A stretch of DNA of 64,000 nt from Camelus ferus (Eukaryota), in the NCBI RefSeq assembly GCF_009834535.1, contig NC_045715.1:29946001-30010000 (forward strand). The letters run 5' to 3'. Of this stretch, positions 1-11,039 are shown in pieces (the first letter of the stretch is position 1; the number at the start of each line of letters is the position of its first letter). The translations under genes were made by a program, and so were the position numbers. The notes beneath the pieces are model-generated. The model had not been told where the DNA came from. It worked only from the letters and a program-made list of their open reading frames with translations, and did not search any database.

Positions 1-1757
1 TGGATGTGTGCCGCTGTATGATCAACCTCTTGGATGTATCTTCCTGTCCAATGGGCAGTCTTGTCTGATGCTCCCCTGCCCCTGCCCTCTACCCCTGAGC
101 TTGGCCTCCCAGGTGGCCACCTCTGTCCAGCCACGCCCTCCTTCCATATGGGGATTAGGCTCTGTGGTAGCAAAAGAGGCCAGTTCCTCTGGCTGTTACC
201 ATAGTTATCATTCGGGACCCTTCGGTCTTGTGCCCCCACCTCGGTGAGTCCCTCTGCCTCCCAGCCCCCAGGATGCCCTCCCTGCCCCCTCCTCTGATAT
301 CCTTGACCACCCACTAGAAAGACGGCTCTGGCAAACTGGGGCTTCAGGAGTTCCGGATCCTGTGGAGAAAAATCAAGAAATGGACGGTAAAGGGCATTGA
401 GGAGGCAGTTTATGGGGATGAGAAAAAGATCTTCAAGAGGGATGGAGACTAGTATGGATGGAGCTGGAACAGGAGCCCCTGACTAGACAGACAGACAGAC
501 AGACAGACAGATACAGACACACACACACACACCCCCCAGGATAGTCAAAATATTCAATAACCAGTATAGCGCAGGTATCAGCCAGCATAAAGGACACAGG
601 CAGAGAGCCCTGGGCAGGGTGCCAGGAGATAACCCTACAGTCACTGGGTGATAGGAGTACTGGGGGCTCAGAGCTGGGCCATCACAGGGGGCCCCGGGAG
701 ACTTGGGTAGCAGGTGTGAAGCATTTTGTCACTTCAACCACCATGCCATGTGCACGGTCCTACCCTATCTGTCTGTCCCTTCAGGACATCTTCCAAGAGT
801 GTGACCAAGACCACTCAGGCACCTTGAACTCCTATGAGATGCGCTTGGCAATTGAGAAAGCAGGTGGCCAGGGGGCAGGAGAGGGCTTTGGAGCAGGGAG
901 CAGGGAGGCAGCAGTCAAGAGGCCTGGACTCTCCCCCTCCGCACCCCTCTCTCTCCCAGGTATCAAACTGACTAACAAGGTGACACAGGTTCTGGTGGCC
1001 AGGTATGCAAACGACGACATGATCATTGATTTTGACAGCTTCATCAGCTGTTTCCTGAGGCTGAAGGCCATGTTCAGTGAGTCAGGCGCCTGCCCACTCC
1101 CCACCCTAGGCCAGGGGACCACTGGTCTTCTCCCACGTGCCCAAATAAGAGCACCCCTCCAGAACCCCTGCCCCTTACCGGGCACAGATCATCTGGGTTC
1201 AAATCGCAGCTCCACCACTTGCTGGCTCTGTTGCCTTGAGCAAGTCATTTTATCTCTCTGTGCCTCCATTGCACAGATGTTACACATCCATAAATGTAGG
1301 TAATAGCACTGCCTGCATAGGCTAGAGGTACAGATTAAATTAGATAGTGTTTGGAGAGCACTCAGAACTGGCCCTCATTCGTTCGCAGCAAGTCCTTATC
1401 ATTGAGTCCCTGCTCAGTGGGTTTAGCTGGGGAGCAGGGAGGAAAAGCTTCTTACACCCTTTCTGACATCCTCCCTAGTGGCGGGAATGGGTCTCGCAGA
1501 CCACTGACTTGGCTCCCAACCCTTTTCATCTTTGCCTCTTCCCCAAAACAGCATACTTTCTAACCATGGACCCCAGGAATACTGGCCATATTTGCTTGAA
1601 CCTGAACCAGGTACATGGGAGGGATCTTGGGCACCCCCTACCCTGCCACGGCTACACCCGCCCTTTACTCTCCCAACATCCTCCCCCACCCCCACCGCCC
1701 CCCTCCTCTGATTGTCTTCTCTCCCAACAGTGGCTGCAGATAACCATGTGGGGATAG
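1..1757 (+). CDS. CAPN11: Calpain-11, 3' part (penta-EF-hand domain); gene starts upstream of the window
   Basis: Coding exons <1-35 (..[11 protein letters not shown]), 318-386 ([23 protein letters not shown]), 785-863 ([27 protein letters not shown]), 960-1076 ([38 protein letters not shown]), 1552-1610 ([20 protein letters not shown]), 1731-1757 (WLQITMWG*). All GT-AG; 69/79/117/59-nt exons are typical of classical calpains; C-terminus and synteny match CAPN11. Confidence 0.95.
486..532. repeat. (GACA)n-(CA)n compound microsatellite in a CAPN11 intron
   Basis: gacagacagacag...gatacagacacacacacacacac read directly. Confidence 0.95.
1185..1368 (+). mobile_element. MIR SINE remnant in a CAPN11 intron
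   Basis: ctgggttcaaatcgcagctccaccacttgctggctctgttgccttgagcaagtcattttatctctctgtgcctc resembles the MIR core. Boundaries approximate. Confidence 0.8.
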
Positions 1758-2028
1758 AGTCACTGCTGGAGCCAGGCTTCCTACCACCACCACCAGCCCC
1801 CCGGGGCCTCTGGCCTGGGGAGGGGGTTACTCCTTGCTGCCGTCAGCTCTGCAGTCTCTGCTGGTGGAATGGGCTCCAGGTAGTAGCGCCTGGGCCCCAG
1901 ACACCGGGCTTACTCCAGCAGCGGGACCTCCAGGCCCACCCTCCCAGCTCCAAGTGCTTTTCTTTAACACTAGCCAGGCTTCTGGCTGGATTTACCCTAC
2001 AGTCTCCCTCCCTGTCTGAGTACATTTC

Positions 2029-2034
2029 ACTAAA
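2029..2034 (+). terminator. Candidate variant poly(A) signal (ACTAAA) of CAPN11
   Basis: No AATAAA seen soon after the stop; ACTAAA lies about 270 nt after it. Confidence 0.3.
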
Positions 2035-3859
2035 AATTAGACGACACTTCCCCTGTACCCCCTGGCTGGGAGGCTGGGAGGCTGGGAGTCTGTGCACTCC
2101 TCTTGTGCTGTTCACATCCGCCTGCTTCAAGGCCTCTCTTCTCCCCCCTCCCTCCTGTGCATTATTTTAATGAACCACACATGGCACTGGCTTCTGCGTC
2201 TCTGTGTTTCTGTGCCAGGAAAAGACGGGCAGGGGTGTAAGTCATTTGCTCAGGACCAAAGGAGGGGACCAGGTAAGCTCTCAGTTGGGAGTGATACCAC
2301 CCTACCTCCAGGAAGCATTTAGAAATGTGTGGTTGTCACAGAAGCTAGAGGGCGCTGTTGGCATTTACAGGCAGTGTGGGGAAGGGGGGGTTGCTAAGGG
2401 CACAGGAGTCCCTGTCTGTGAACTATACAGAGCCTGGTACATGGGAGCAGCAGGGCCCTGAGCCTGCCCTCTCATCTCCTGCCTCAAACTGGGGACTCCA
2501 GAGGTCAAAATCCTACATCCGCGGGAGCCAGCCAATCATAGAAATGAACCGACCTTCCTGGGCATGAGGAAGGGAGGGGTGAAGACAGCCACAGGTGAGC
2601 TCGTTCCTGCCTTAAAGGTGTTCAGATTCAAATCATTCTGACTGTTAGAAAATTGCTTTCCGCCAAGCTATTGTCCTCACGGATTGGTCCACCAGTCCTT
2701 GACCTTGGAGTCTCTGCCCCAGACGCCCCCCACTCCCAGCCCCCAGCCCCCTGCTGCAGTGGGAAGACCAAGGCCATCAGCAGCGCCCCCCCATTTCTCC
2801 CGTCCTTCCCGCTCTCTCCATGGCTTCCTGCTCTAAGGAACTGGGCATGCAGTCTTTTCAGCGTCTTGCTTGGAGATAGCCTTCAAACTCCCTTAAATTA
2901 AGGACGAATGAATCTAAATCCTTCTTGTGTCTGTATACTTTCAGCCTCTCTTCCTCCTTCTAAGCCCGCCTGTCCCTCTTAGGCTTAGTAGGGGGCTGGG
3001 ATGCCAATCTTTCTGGATCCAGTGACTGATTCTCTGCACCAGCCCTCCCCTCTGCCTCCCTGGCGACTTCAAAGACTAAACCCAGTCCAGTTGCTCCATA
3101 GCCTCCCCCACCACCTCCAGAGGGATCATTTCCGGCCCCTGCCACCCCCTTCTCCCATCCTCTTCCCTCTGCAGCCTTGTCTGAGAGAGAAGGTCACACT
3201 CTGTTAAGGAACGTCTTAAAGACTGATGCCTCCACGCCTATCTTCCACCACCACCTTTTCTCTACGGAGCAGCTCAGGAGCAAAGGTCCCAGGGTGGGGC
3301 AGGGAGCTTTGGGGGAGGCCAGAAAACTAGCAGGCCCTTTGCACTTCTGAGAGAACCAGGCAGTCCCAGCTGACCCCACGCCTTCCTTGTCCCTTGCCCT
3401 AGCAGAGGACACTGCCAGCTTCTGGCTGGGTGGCCTTAGGCAAGTTATTTTACTTTTCTCATCTGTCAATTGGGGGTGACGTGCCTCTCTCAGAGGAGTG
3501 CTGTATAGACGACTGAGATTGTGGGGGGTGGAGCACTGTACTCCCCACAGAGGGTAAACTCATCATTGTTACCCCAAAACTGGGTTTGCCTCTTGGTGGA
3601 TGTGGAGCCAAAAGACACAGCCAAGCCAAAGAACAGGAAAAGGAAGGATTTATTTGCAGCAATTAAGGAAAACACCTGGCATCTTTCCCAAAGCAACGTC
3701 TCCCCAAACAGGAAAATTGGGGAAGTTTTAAGCTAAGAATACATGCTTATTCATGAAGGGGTTTGAGCAGAGGAGAATTTAGCATGGAATTGGGGCAAGA
3801 GTCAGCAGAGTCTAAGGTTTAGTTGATTGAAGGCACAAGGGTCAGAAAAGGTCAACATT

Positions 3860-4073
3860 GGCTCCTCTCTCTCCCTTTTCAGAGATGGCCCACATTCTGT
3901 CTGGAATGTGTACCTACTTTTAATCTGAGCACCCAACCCCCACACCTCGTGGCCTTTCTCTTGCCTTTCAATGTATCTCTCTGAATAATCAATCTACCTT
4001 CACTTAAAAAAAAAGAAAGAAAGAAAAGAAAAGAAAAGAAAAGAAAAGAAAAGAAAAGAGAAAAGAAAAGAAA
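3860..4073 (+). mobile_element. Short poly(A)-tailed retroposed insert (LTR-like 3' fragment plus A/(AAAAG)n tail)
   Basis: Exact 16-bp TSD AGAAAAGGTCAACATT at 3844-3859 and 4074-4089; about 146 nt body then an A-rich tail from 4006. Confidence 0.8.
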
Positions 4074-4139
4074 AGAAAAGGTCAACATTATCATCCCTTA
4101 GACTCCAGTTGATCTGCTAGTTGAGAGCTTCAGGCTAAT

Positions 4140-4797
4140 TTTTCTTCTGTTTTTTTTAGATGAAGTACAATCAGTGTACAATGTTGTGTCAATTGCTGGT
4201 GTACAGCGTAATGTTTCAGTCATACATATACATACATATATTCTTTTCATATTCTTTTTCATTGTAGGTTACTACAAGACATTGAATACAGTTACCTGTG
4301 CTATACAGAAGAAACTTGTTATTTGTTTTATATATAGTAGTTAGTATCTGCAAGTCTTGAGCTCAGTTTATCCCTTCCCATCCACTTCCCCCCGGTAACC
4401 ACAAATTTGTTTTCTATGTCTGTGAGTCTGTTTCTGTTTGTAAATAAATTCATTTGTGTCTTTTTTTTTTTTAAGATTCCACATATAAGTGATATCACAT
4501 GGTATTTTTCTTNNNNNNNNNNNNNNNNNNNNNNNNNNNNNNNNNNNNNNNNNNNNNNNNNNNNNNNNNNNNNNNNNNNNNNNNNNNNNNNNNNNNNNNN
4601 NNNNNNNNNNNNNNNNNNNNNNNNNNNNNNNNNNNNNNNNNNNNNNNNNNNNNNNNNNNNNNNNNNNNNNNNNNNNNNNNNNNNNNNNNNNNNNNNNNNN
4701 NNNNNNNNNNNNNNNNNNNNNNNNNNNNNNNNNNNNNNNNNNNNNNNNNNNNNNNNNNNNNNNNATCTTTTTGAATTAGAGTTCCCTCCAGATATAC
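4140..4797 (-). mobile_element. 5'-truncated LINE-1 3' end nested in the LTR (contains an N-gap)
   Basis: L1 3'UTR-type sequence with T-rich tail at left; 13-bp TSD GCTTCA(G/C)GCTAAT at 4127-4139 and 4798-4810. Confidence 0.85.
4513..4764. other. Assembly gap (252 N)
   Basis: Run of N. Confidence 1.
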
Positions 4798-5631
4798 GCT
4801 TCACGCTAATCTTTACCATTGAAACAGAACTGGAAGTCTTTACAACTTTGCTTGTGTTACCTCTCTTGCCTAAGTTGTTTGTTCTTTTGTTCCCTTAAGA
4901 TCATTATTACTGAGACCTGTTCAAGGGCAAGCACTGTGACCTGGCTTAGGTCCCAAAATGGCTTAGGCCTTTTAAAATGGCTTCTCTTATGTGAGAAAGC
5001 CTTATCTGGTTCTTTTCCTCCTGGGACCCCCAACCCTTTCTGCTTACATCATCACCAGACTTAGATTCCAGCTGGGCCTGGTATGCAATTTGTGCTTTGA
5101 ACAATTAAAGGGGGCATCATTCACCTAGGTTGTGATGCGGGGGGCACCCCCAGAGCTTCCTCCTCCTGCCAGTCGAATCTGGTCTCTGCATACACATCTT
5201 CGCCAGCCCCTCCTGACTCAAACCCAGTTCACTTAGCTCCTTCCCCAGCCTAATGCCCAGGACATCCTTGCCATCTCCCAAGGGGCTGGAGCCAGCCTTT
5301 CTCATCGTCTCTTCTGGTCCTTGGCATGGGGAGCTAGCTTCCTCTGTGCACAGCGGTGGTTCTGCTGGGGAATGGTCCTCCACCATGCTGCCTGCACCCT
5401 GCACAACACATGCTGGGTGTCCTCGACCAAAGTCACGTGTGATGGGGAGCTGATCTCTGGATGACTCACTGCCACTCTCCACAGCGGCTGCCCGCCACTC
5501 CCATTTCCTTCAGACCCTTCTCTGAAGCCTCCAACTGTACTACAGAGATGAGGCCACATCAGGGGACAGAGGTCCATCAGAATAGCTCCAGAGCTTGGTC
5601 CTCTGGTCTTGGAGAAAGTGGGGTCACAATG

Positions 5632-6155
5632 TGCTAGAAATCTTGCCATTTGGATGGACCTTGAGAGCAGCCTGCTAAGTGAAACAACTCAGAGAAAGAC
5701 AAATATTCTATGACCCCACTCATATGTAGAATCTAAAAATAATTGTAAAATAATTAAAAAACTGAACTCATAGATACAGAGAATAGAGAATAGATTGATG
5801 GTTGCCAGAGGTGGGGGTGAGGGGCGAAGGTGGTTAAAGGGAACAAACTTCCAGTTATAAAAGAAATAAGTCCTGGGGCTGCACTGTATAGCATGGTGAC
5901 TACTGTTAATAATACTCTATTGTGTATTTGAAAGTTGCTAAGAGAGTAGATCTTAAAAATTCTCATCACAAGAAAAAACAAATTGTGTAATTGACTATAC
6001 TTCAGTTTTAAAAATGTGTAACTATGCATGGTGATGGACATGAACTAGACTTACCAGGGTGATCATTTCACAATAGATACAAATATTGAATCATTATGTT
6101 TTACACCAGAAACTAACATAGTGTTATATGTAAACTGTATCTCAATTTAAAAAAA
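5632..6155 (+). mobile_element. L1MA-type LINE-1 3'UTR fragment
   Basis: ggatggaccttgagagc...gtagaatctaaaa...gggaacaaacttccagttataa...tatctcaatttaaaaaaaaa. Confidence 0.85.
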
Positions 6156-6837
6156 AAGTGTGCTAGGAAAACCATGGAATAACATGCAACAGTTAGAAGC
6201 AATTATCTAGTAGCCACACGGCTAGAGGTGCAGAGCTTGAAAACATGCTGAGTGGAGATTAGTAAAGCAGAATGAAGGCAGTGGCTTTATTTTTTTTTTT
6301 TACATTAAAAAAAAGGTGCTTTTAACAGAATATAAAATGTACCATCTTAGCCCTTTTTAAGCGCATAGCTCAGCGGCATGAAGTACATTCACACTGTTGT
6401 GCTACCATCCCCACCATGATTATGAGTAATGCTGCTTTTGTGCACAAGTTTTCGTGTGAACATACATTGTCATTTCTCTCCGTAGATTCTTATACATCTT
6501 TCTAGAGTTTCTCTATGCAAATATGTATATTCTTATTTCTCCACCCTCTTTGCACAAAAGATGGCATATTATACACATCAGTCGGCCCCCTCCTTTATCT
6601 TGGGAAGACTGCAGATAAGCTAGGGGAAAAGGCTAGAAGGATCCACGCAGTAATAATTAGCTTTGGAGCTATCAATATGAATTCATGTTTACCTTAATCT
6701 AGGTACAGAGGGTGATATAAAACACATCTATAGATACGTGTATATACGAGGGTTGGTATACACGCACACATTTCCTTACTCCGCCAGCTGAGAGGACCCC
6801 AAAGCAACAACACTCCAGCAGCAACAAGCACACCTAG

Positions 6838-7246
6838 TGTTGGATCAGGCCACTCAAGATGCTGTTCTCTTGCTCTCTGTTCATCCCCGGCCCCTGCTGG
6901 ACCAGAGCCTGCTTCACCTACACCCTACTCACATGACTGACCTTCCTACATACTTGCCGCAGGCTCTGGCTGGTAATTGTTCTTATCAAAGGGGCGGTGA
7001 CGGTGAGAGGCGTGTCCATCTGCGGGTTTCCCTGGTAAGCAATGCGCCAACCTGACGTCAATTCCTCGTAACTGCTAACTTCCCCCTGCCCCCAGGAGCC
7101 AGTCAGCCCTCAGGAGCTGCTCCAGGACCTTGCTTCAGACAATAAGCTCCCGTATCCATTAAGCCACTGATGTCTGTTGCTGACTCCAGGCTCCTCCTCC
7201 TGTCTTGAAGCTGGGCGAGGACAGGTCTGTGGGGTGTAGCCCAACC
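6838..7246 (+). mobile_element. ERVL-class solo LTR, MER74-like (409 bp)
   Basis: Starts TGTTGG and ends CCAAC(C) (inverted termini, last base mutated); 5-bp TSD CCTAG at 6833-6837 and 7247-7251; body resembles the recalled MER74 consensus. Confidence 0.75.
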
Positions 7247-8080
7247 CCTAGTGGCTAGTACTCAATTTCTAATAGCACTGTCAGATGGACCTAGGACTTC
7301 TTGGAGAAATGTCTGGTTCTAGGACTGGAACAGGAAGTATACAGGATGAGCCTGGAGGAGCATCCTGTAGTGCCAGAGGGTACGGAAATGCTAATAAAAT
7401 TAAAATAAAATAAAGCAAAAACAAAAGAAAATGATGGAAGCACGTCAGAGGTGGAGTGTAATTCCCCACCCCTTAAGTGTGGGCTGCACATAGTGACTTC
7501 CTTCCAAAGAGGACCGTATGGAAAGCGAGAGAAAAGAGTAAATTTATGGCAGAGAATCACGACAAACACGACTCCAGGCAGGTGAGCGAGGTTAACACCA
7601 ACTGTCATTAACCATGTGGCTAGAACAGACCCTTGAGATAATGTGATGAGAATGGCATTTTACTTCTGTGGTTTCCTTCCCCAAACCTCAGTCTTATCAT
7701 AAGAAAAACATCAGATGAATCCCACTCTAGGGACATTTTACAAAACTCCTGACCAATACTCCTCAAAACTGTCAAGGTCGTCAAAAACAAGGAAGGTCTG
7801 AGAAACTGTCACAGCCAACAGGAGTTTAAGGAGGTAAGACAACTAAATGTACTGTGGTGTCTTGGATGGGACCTTGGAACAGAAAAAGGGACATTAGGTA
7901 AAAACTAAGGAAATCTGAATGAGTGTAGGTTTTAGTTAATATATCAATCAATACTGGTTCCTTAATTGTAACAAGTGTACTGTGCTGAGGTAAGATGTTA
8001 ATTACAGGGAAACTGGATGTAAGGTACACAGAAATTCTCAGGACTATTTTCACAATTTTCTGTAAATCTAAAATTATTCT

Positions 8081-8154
8081 TTTTTGGTTTTTGGTAGGGG
8101 ATAATTAGGTTTGTTCGTTTGTTTGTTTTAATGGAGGTACTGGGGATTGAACCC
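8081..8154 (-). mobile_element. 5'-truncated tRNA-derived camelid-type SINE
   Basis: Reverse complement gggttcaatccccagtacctccattaaaac...aaacctaattatcccc; 15-bp TSD ATCTAAAA(T/C)TATTCT at 8066-8080 and 8155-8169. Confidence 0.85.
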
Positions 8155-8199
8155 ATCTAAAACTATTCTAAAATAGTTTATTTAAAGAAGTAATTAAAA

Positions 8200-8289
8200 G
8201 AGAGGAAGGTATAGCTCAGTGGCAGAGCACCTGCTTAGCATGCTTGAGGTCCTGGGGTCAAGCCGCAGTACCTCCATTTAAATAAAAAT
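8200..8289 (+). mobile_element. tRNA-derived camelid-type SINE (3' end in gap)
   Basis: ggaaggtatagctcagtggcagagcacctgcttagcatgcttgaggtcctggggtcaagccgcagtacctccatt: A-box/B-box tRNA head and A-rich tail. Confidence 0.9.
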
Positions 8290-8423
8290 NNNNNNNNNNN
8301 NNNNNNNNNNNNNNNNNNNNNNNNNNNNNNNNNNNNNNNNNNNNNNNNNNNNNNNNNNNNNNNNNNNNNNNNNNNNNNNNNNNNNNNNNNNNNNNNNNNN
8401 NNNNNNNNNNNNNNNNNNNNNNN
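8290..8423. other. Assembly gap (134 N)
   Basis: Run of N. Confidence 1.
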
Positions 8424-9255
8424 CTTGCCATCCTTGACAATATAGATTGAATCTAGAGGGTATTATGCTAAGTGCAACAAGTCCGACAGAGAAAGACAGA
8501 TACTGCATGAGCTCACTTATATGTGGAATCTAAAAAATAAGACAAATGAACAGACAGAACAGAAACAGAATTGTAGACACAGAACAAACAGGTGGTTTCC
8601 AGAAGGGAGAAGGGTTGGGGGAGGAAAGAAATAGGTGAGGGAGATTAAGAGGTACAACTTCCAATTGCAAAATAAATGAGTCACAGGTATGAAATGTACA
8701 GTGTGCTGAATATAATCAATAACAATGTAATATCTTTGTATGGCAACAGACCATAGCAAGACATCGTGGTGATCATTTTGAAATGTGTAGCAATACCGAA
8801 TCACTGTGTTGTGCAACTGGAACCAGCATAGTGGTATAGGTCAATTATACTGTAAAAACAAACAGACAGACAAACTTATAGAAAAAGAAATCAGATTTGT
8901 GATTACCAGAGATGGGGAGTTGGGGAAGGGGAATTGGATGAAGGAGTCAAAAGGTACAAACTTCCAGTTATAAGATAAATAAGCACTAGGGATGTAATGT
9001 ACAGCATGATAAATATAATTAACACTGCTGTATGTTATATATGAAAGTTGTTAAGAGAGTAAATCATAAGAGTTCTCATCATAAGAAAAAGAATTTTTTT
9101 TCTATTTAACTTTGTAGCTACATGAGATGTTGCTATTGTGATAACCATTTCATGATATATGAAAGTCAAATCATGCAGGATACCTTAAATGTATACAGTG
9201 TTGTATGTCAACTACATCTCAATAAAACTGGAAGGAAAAAAATTTAATAGCAAAA
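8424..9255 (+). mobile_element. Two tandem L1MA-type 3'UTR fragments (about 8424-8858 and 8860-9255)
   Basis: Each carries ggtacaa(a)cttcca(a/g)tt..aaataaat and ends gtcaa(t/c)ta(t/c)a..aaa. Confidence 0.8.
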
Positions 9256-9329
9256 TAATAAAAAAATCTCTAGCTGGAAGCTATTGGCATGAATAAAAAA
9301 ATAAACAAAAATTTAAAAGTAATTAAAAT

Positions 9330-9960
9330 ACATACCTTGGAGATATTTTTCTATGAGTGTATGGAGACCTTCCTTATGATTTGTTATAGCTGCATAGTAT
9401 TCCACTATAATTAAGTCTCATCATTTATTTATATCAGCTCTTTTTTTATTGTTTTAATTTTTTAATTAAAAAAATTTTTTTCAGCTCTTTATTGAGGGTT
9501 GTTTCCAATCTACTGTACATATGTCATCTTATACAGTGGAAGTATTTCTATAGGATAAATTTTTCTATAGTTGGATATTGGGCTAAAGAGCATATACATC
9601 AGTAATTCGGATACACATTAAATTCCCCTCCATAAAGGTAATACCAATTTACACTCTCACCAGCAATATGAAAGTGTGTATTTCCCCATCAATGCTGTTT
9701 GTGGTCAGACTTTTGCATATTTCTGATATGATGGAAGAAAAATGGTTTCTCAGCATCTTTGTAATTTGCATTTCTTTTACTGCAAGTAAAACTGAGCAAA
9801 TATTCATGTTTTGCTTGCATTTTGTTTTCTGTGAGCATTTTATAGTCTTTGCTCATTTTTATACAAAGATTTTGTATTTTTTCTTAGAAAATTCTAGCAG
9901 TTATTTATATTTTAGAGATTTGACCTTTGTCTGCCTAGGGGCTGCAAATGTTTCCCTTTA
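9330..9960 (-). mobile_element. Old LINE-1 (L1M) fragment, antisense
   Basis: ataccaatttacactctcaccagcaatatgaaagtg...gtaatttgcatttcttttactgcaagtaaaactgagc: typical inverted L1 ORF2/3' text. Confidence 0.65.
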
Positions 9961-11039
9961 TCGTTTGTCTTTCCACTAGGTTTTTAATGCCTGCCCCGAG
10001 GACTCTGTCCCTTCACTCCAGCAGAATCCCCCTCTCCAGGCCACCTGCCCTCCTCCCTCACAGCCATGTCCCAAAGCCCCTCTAGTTCCTCACTCTTCCT
10101 AGTGACATTTGACCTCTTGGTGACATTTGACTCTATACTGAGGACTCCTCTTCTGTGAAAATGACATTTATTGTATCTTTTGTTGACTCCAGGGGTTTCA
10201 CGTTCTCTTTAGGACATAGAAAACACAGAGAAGCACGCAAAAAAAATGAAATTCACCTTATATTCCACCTCCTAGGAAAACTACTTCCTGTTTATCAATG
10301 CATATGCCTGTCTGTATGTGTTTATCCACAAAATAAGTTTCTTAGATGTATCCAGTCCCTTTGGGAATCTGTAACTGCACTTGGATTTCTCCTTGTACCT
10401 ATTCTGTCTCCACAAGGAGATAAACTTGAGGTGCTGACGTCGAGGGGACCCTTCTCCCCACCCCCCGCCCTGCACACCCCCACAGCAGCCTCACTCCCTC
10501 GCTCTCCCAGACCCCTGGCCACGTTTCTCCTGCCCCATCCCCACCGGCTCCAAGTTTAACCGCTGCCCACACTCCTGCCAGAAACATCAAACTCTTGGTT
10601 TCACTGGGTCTTCAGAACCACCTTGGTGGAAACCTGGGCTCATCAACCTACCGGTCCCAAACATGCTGATTTCCCTTCTGTTAGTGAAACCAGTCAAGAG
10701 GAACATCCAAGACTCGCCCAGGCATTGTTTCCGGCCCACGTCTTGCGCACACCAAACATTTCCCGAATTCACCCCCACTCTGTTTGGCGCCCTGTCCTCA
10801 CGCCTGCTCTTCCTCACGTGGACTCTGTCCCCTTCCTGCATCAGGTCTCCCCACGATCGTTTGTCACGTGCTGCCCATCCTCTGCCCCAGCACACCTCCA
10901 CCTTCCCTTTCCTCCCGAGTCCCTCTGAAGTCCTCCCCCTTCCCTGGCGCAGTCCTCCCCCCAAGGCCTCCTGAGAAGCTGCACATACACACAGCCCAGG
11001 CTCCACGCTGGCCCGGTGCCCTGGACTCCCAAGGTGCCA

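Larger units (their letters stand above)
3567..5048 (-). mobile_element. ERV1-class solo LTR (about 580 bp once two nested insertions are removed)
   Basis: Minus strand starts TGTAAGCAGAAAGGGTTGGGGGTCCC (5048) and ends GGGGTAACA (3567); 4-bp TSD TCAT (3563-3566 and 5049-5052); AATAAA near its 3' end; resembles recalled cetartiodactyl ERV1 LTRs. Confidence 0.8.
6690..8190 (+). mobile_element. L1MC-type LINE-1 3' region, interrupted by an LTR and a SINE
   Basis: ccccttaagtgtgggctgcacatagtgacttcc, ctcctcaaaactgtcaaggtc, tgtaaatctaaaa..ttctaaaa resemble the recalled L1MC 3'UTR; boundaries approximate. Confidence 0.75.

Noticed and set aside
2344-2356. CTCF motif just past CAPN11 (CTAGAGGGCGCT)
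   Set aside because: The 3' half matches but the 5' CCA is replaced; too weak to call without data.
4328-4898. ORFs spanning N-runs (also near 8258 and 49020)
   Set aside because: Artefacts of translating through gaps.
8200-8280. tRNA genes (also at 15989, 18408, 51103, 63481)
   Set aside because: tRNA-like heads are followed by a shared non-tRNA body, A-rich tails and TSDs, so they are SINEs.
8188-9328. 12-bp direct repeat AAGTAATTAAAA flanking SINE plus two L1 ends, as one transduction unit
   Set aside because: A/T-only match in an A-rich setting, a gap inside, and internal T-runs that would stop Pol III; cannot be supported.
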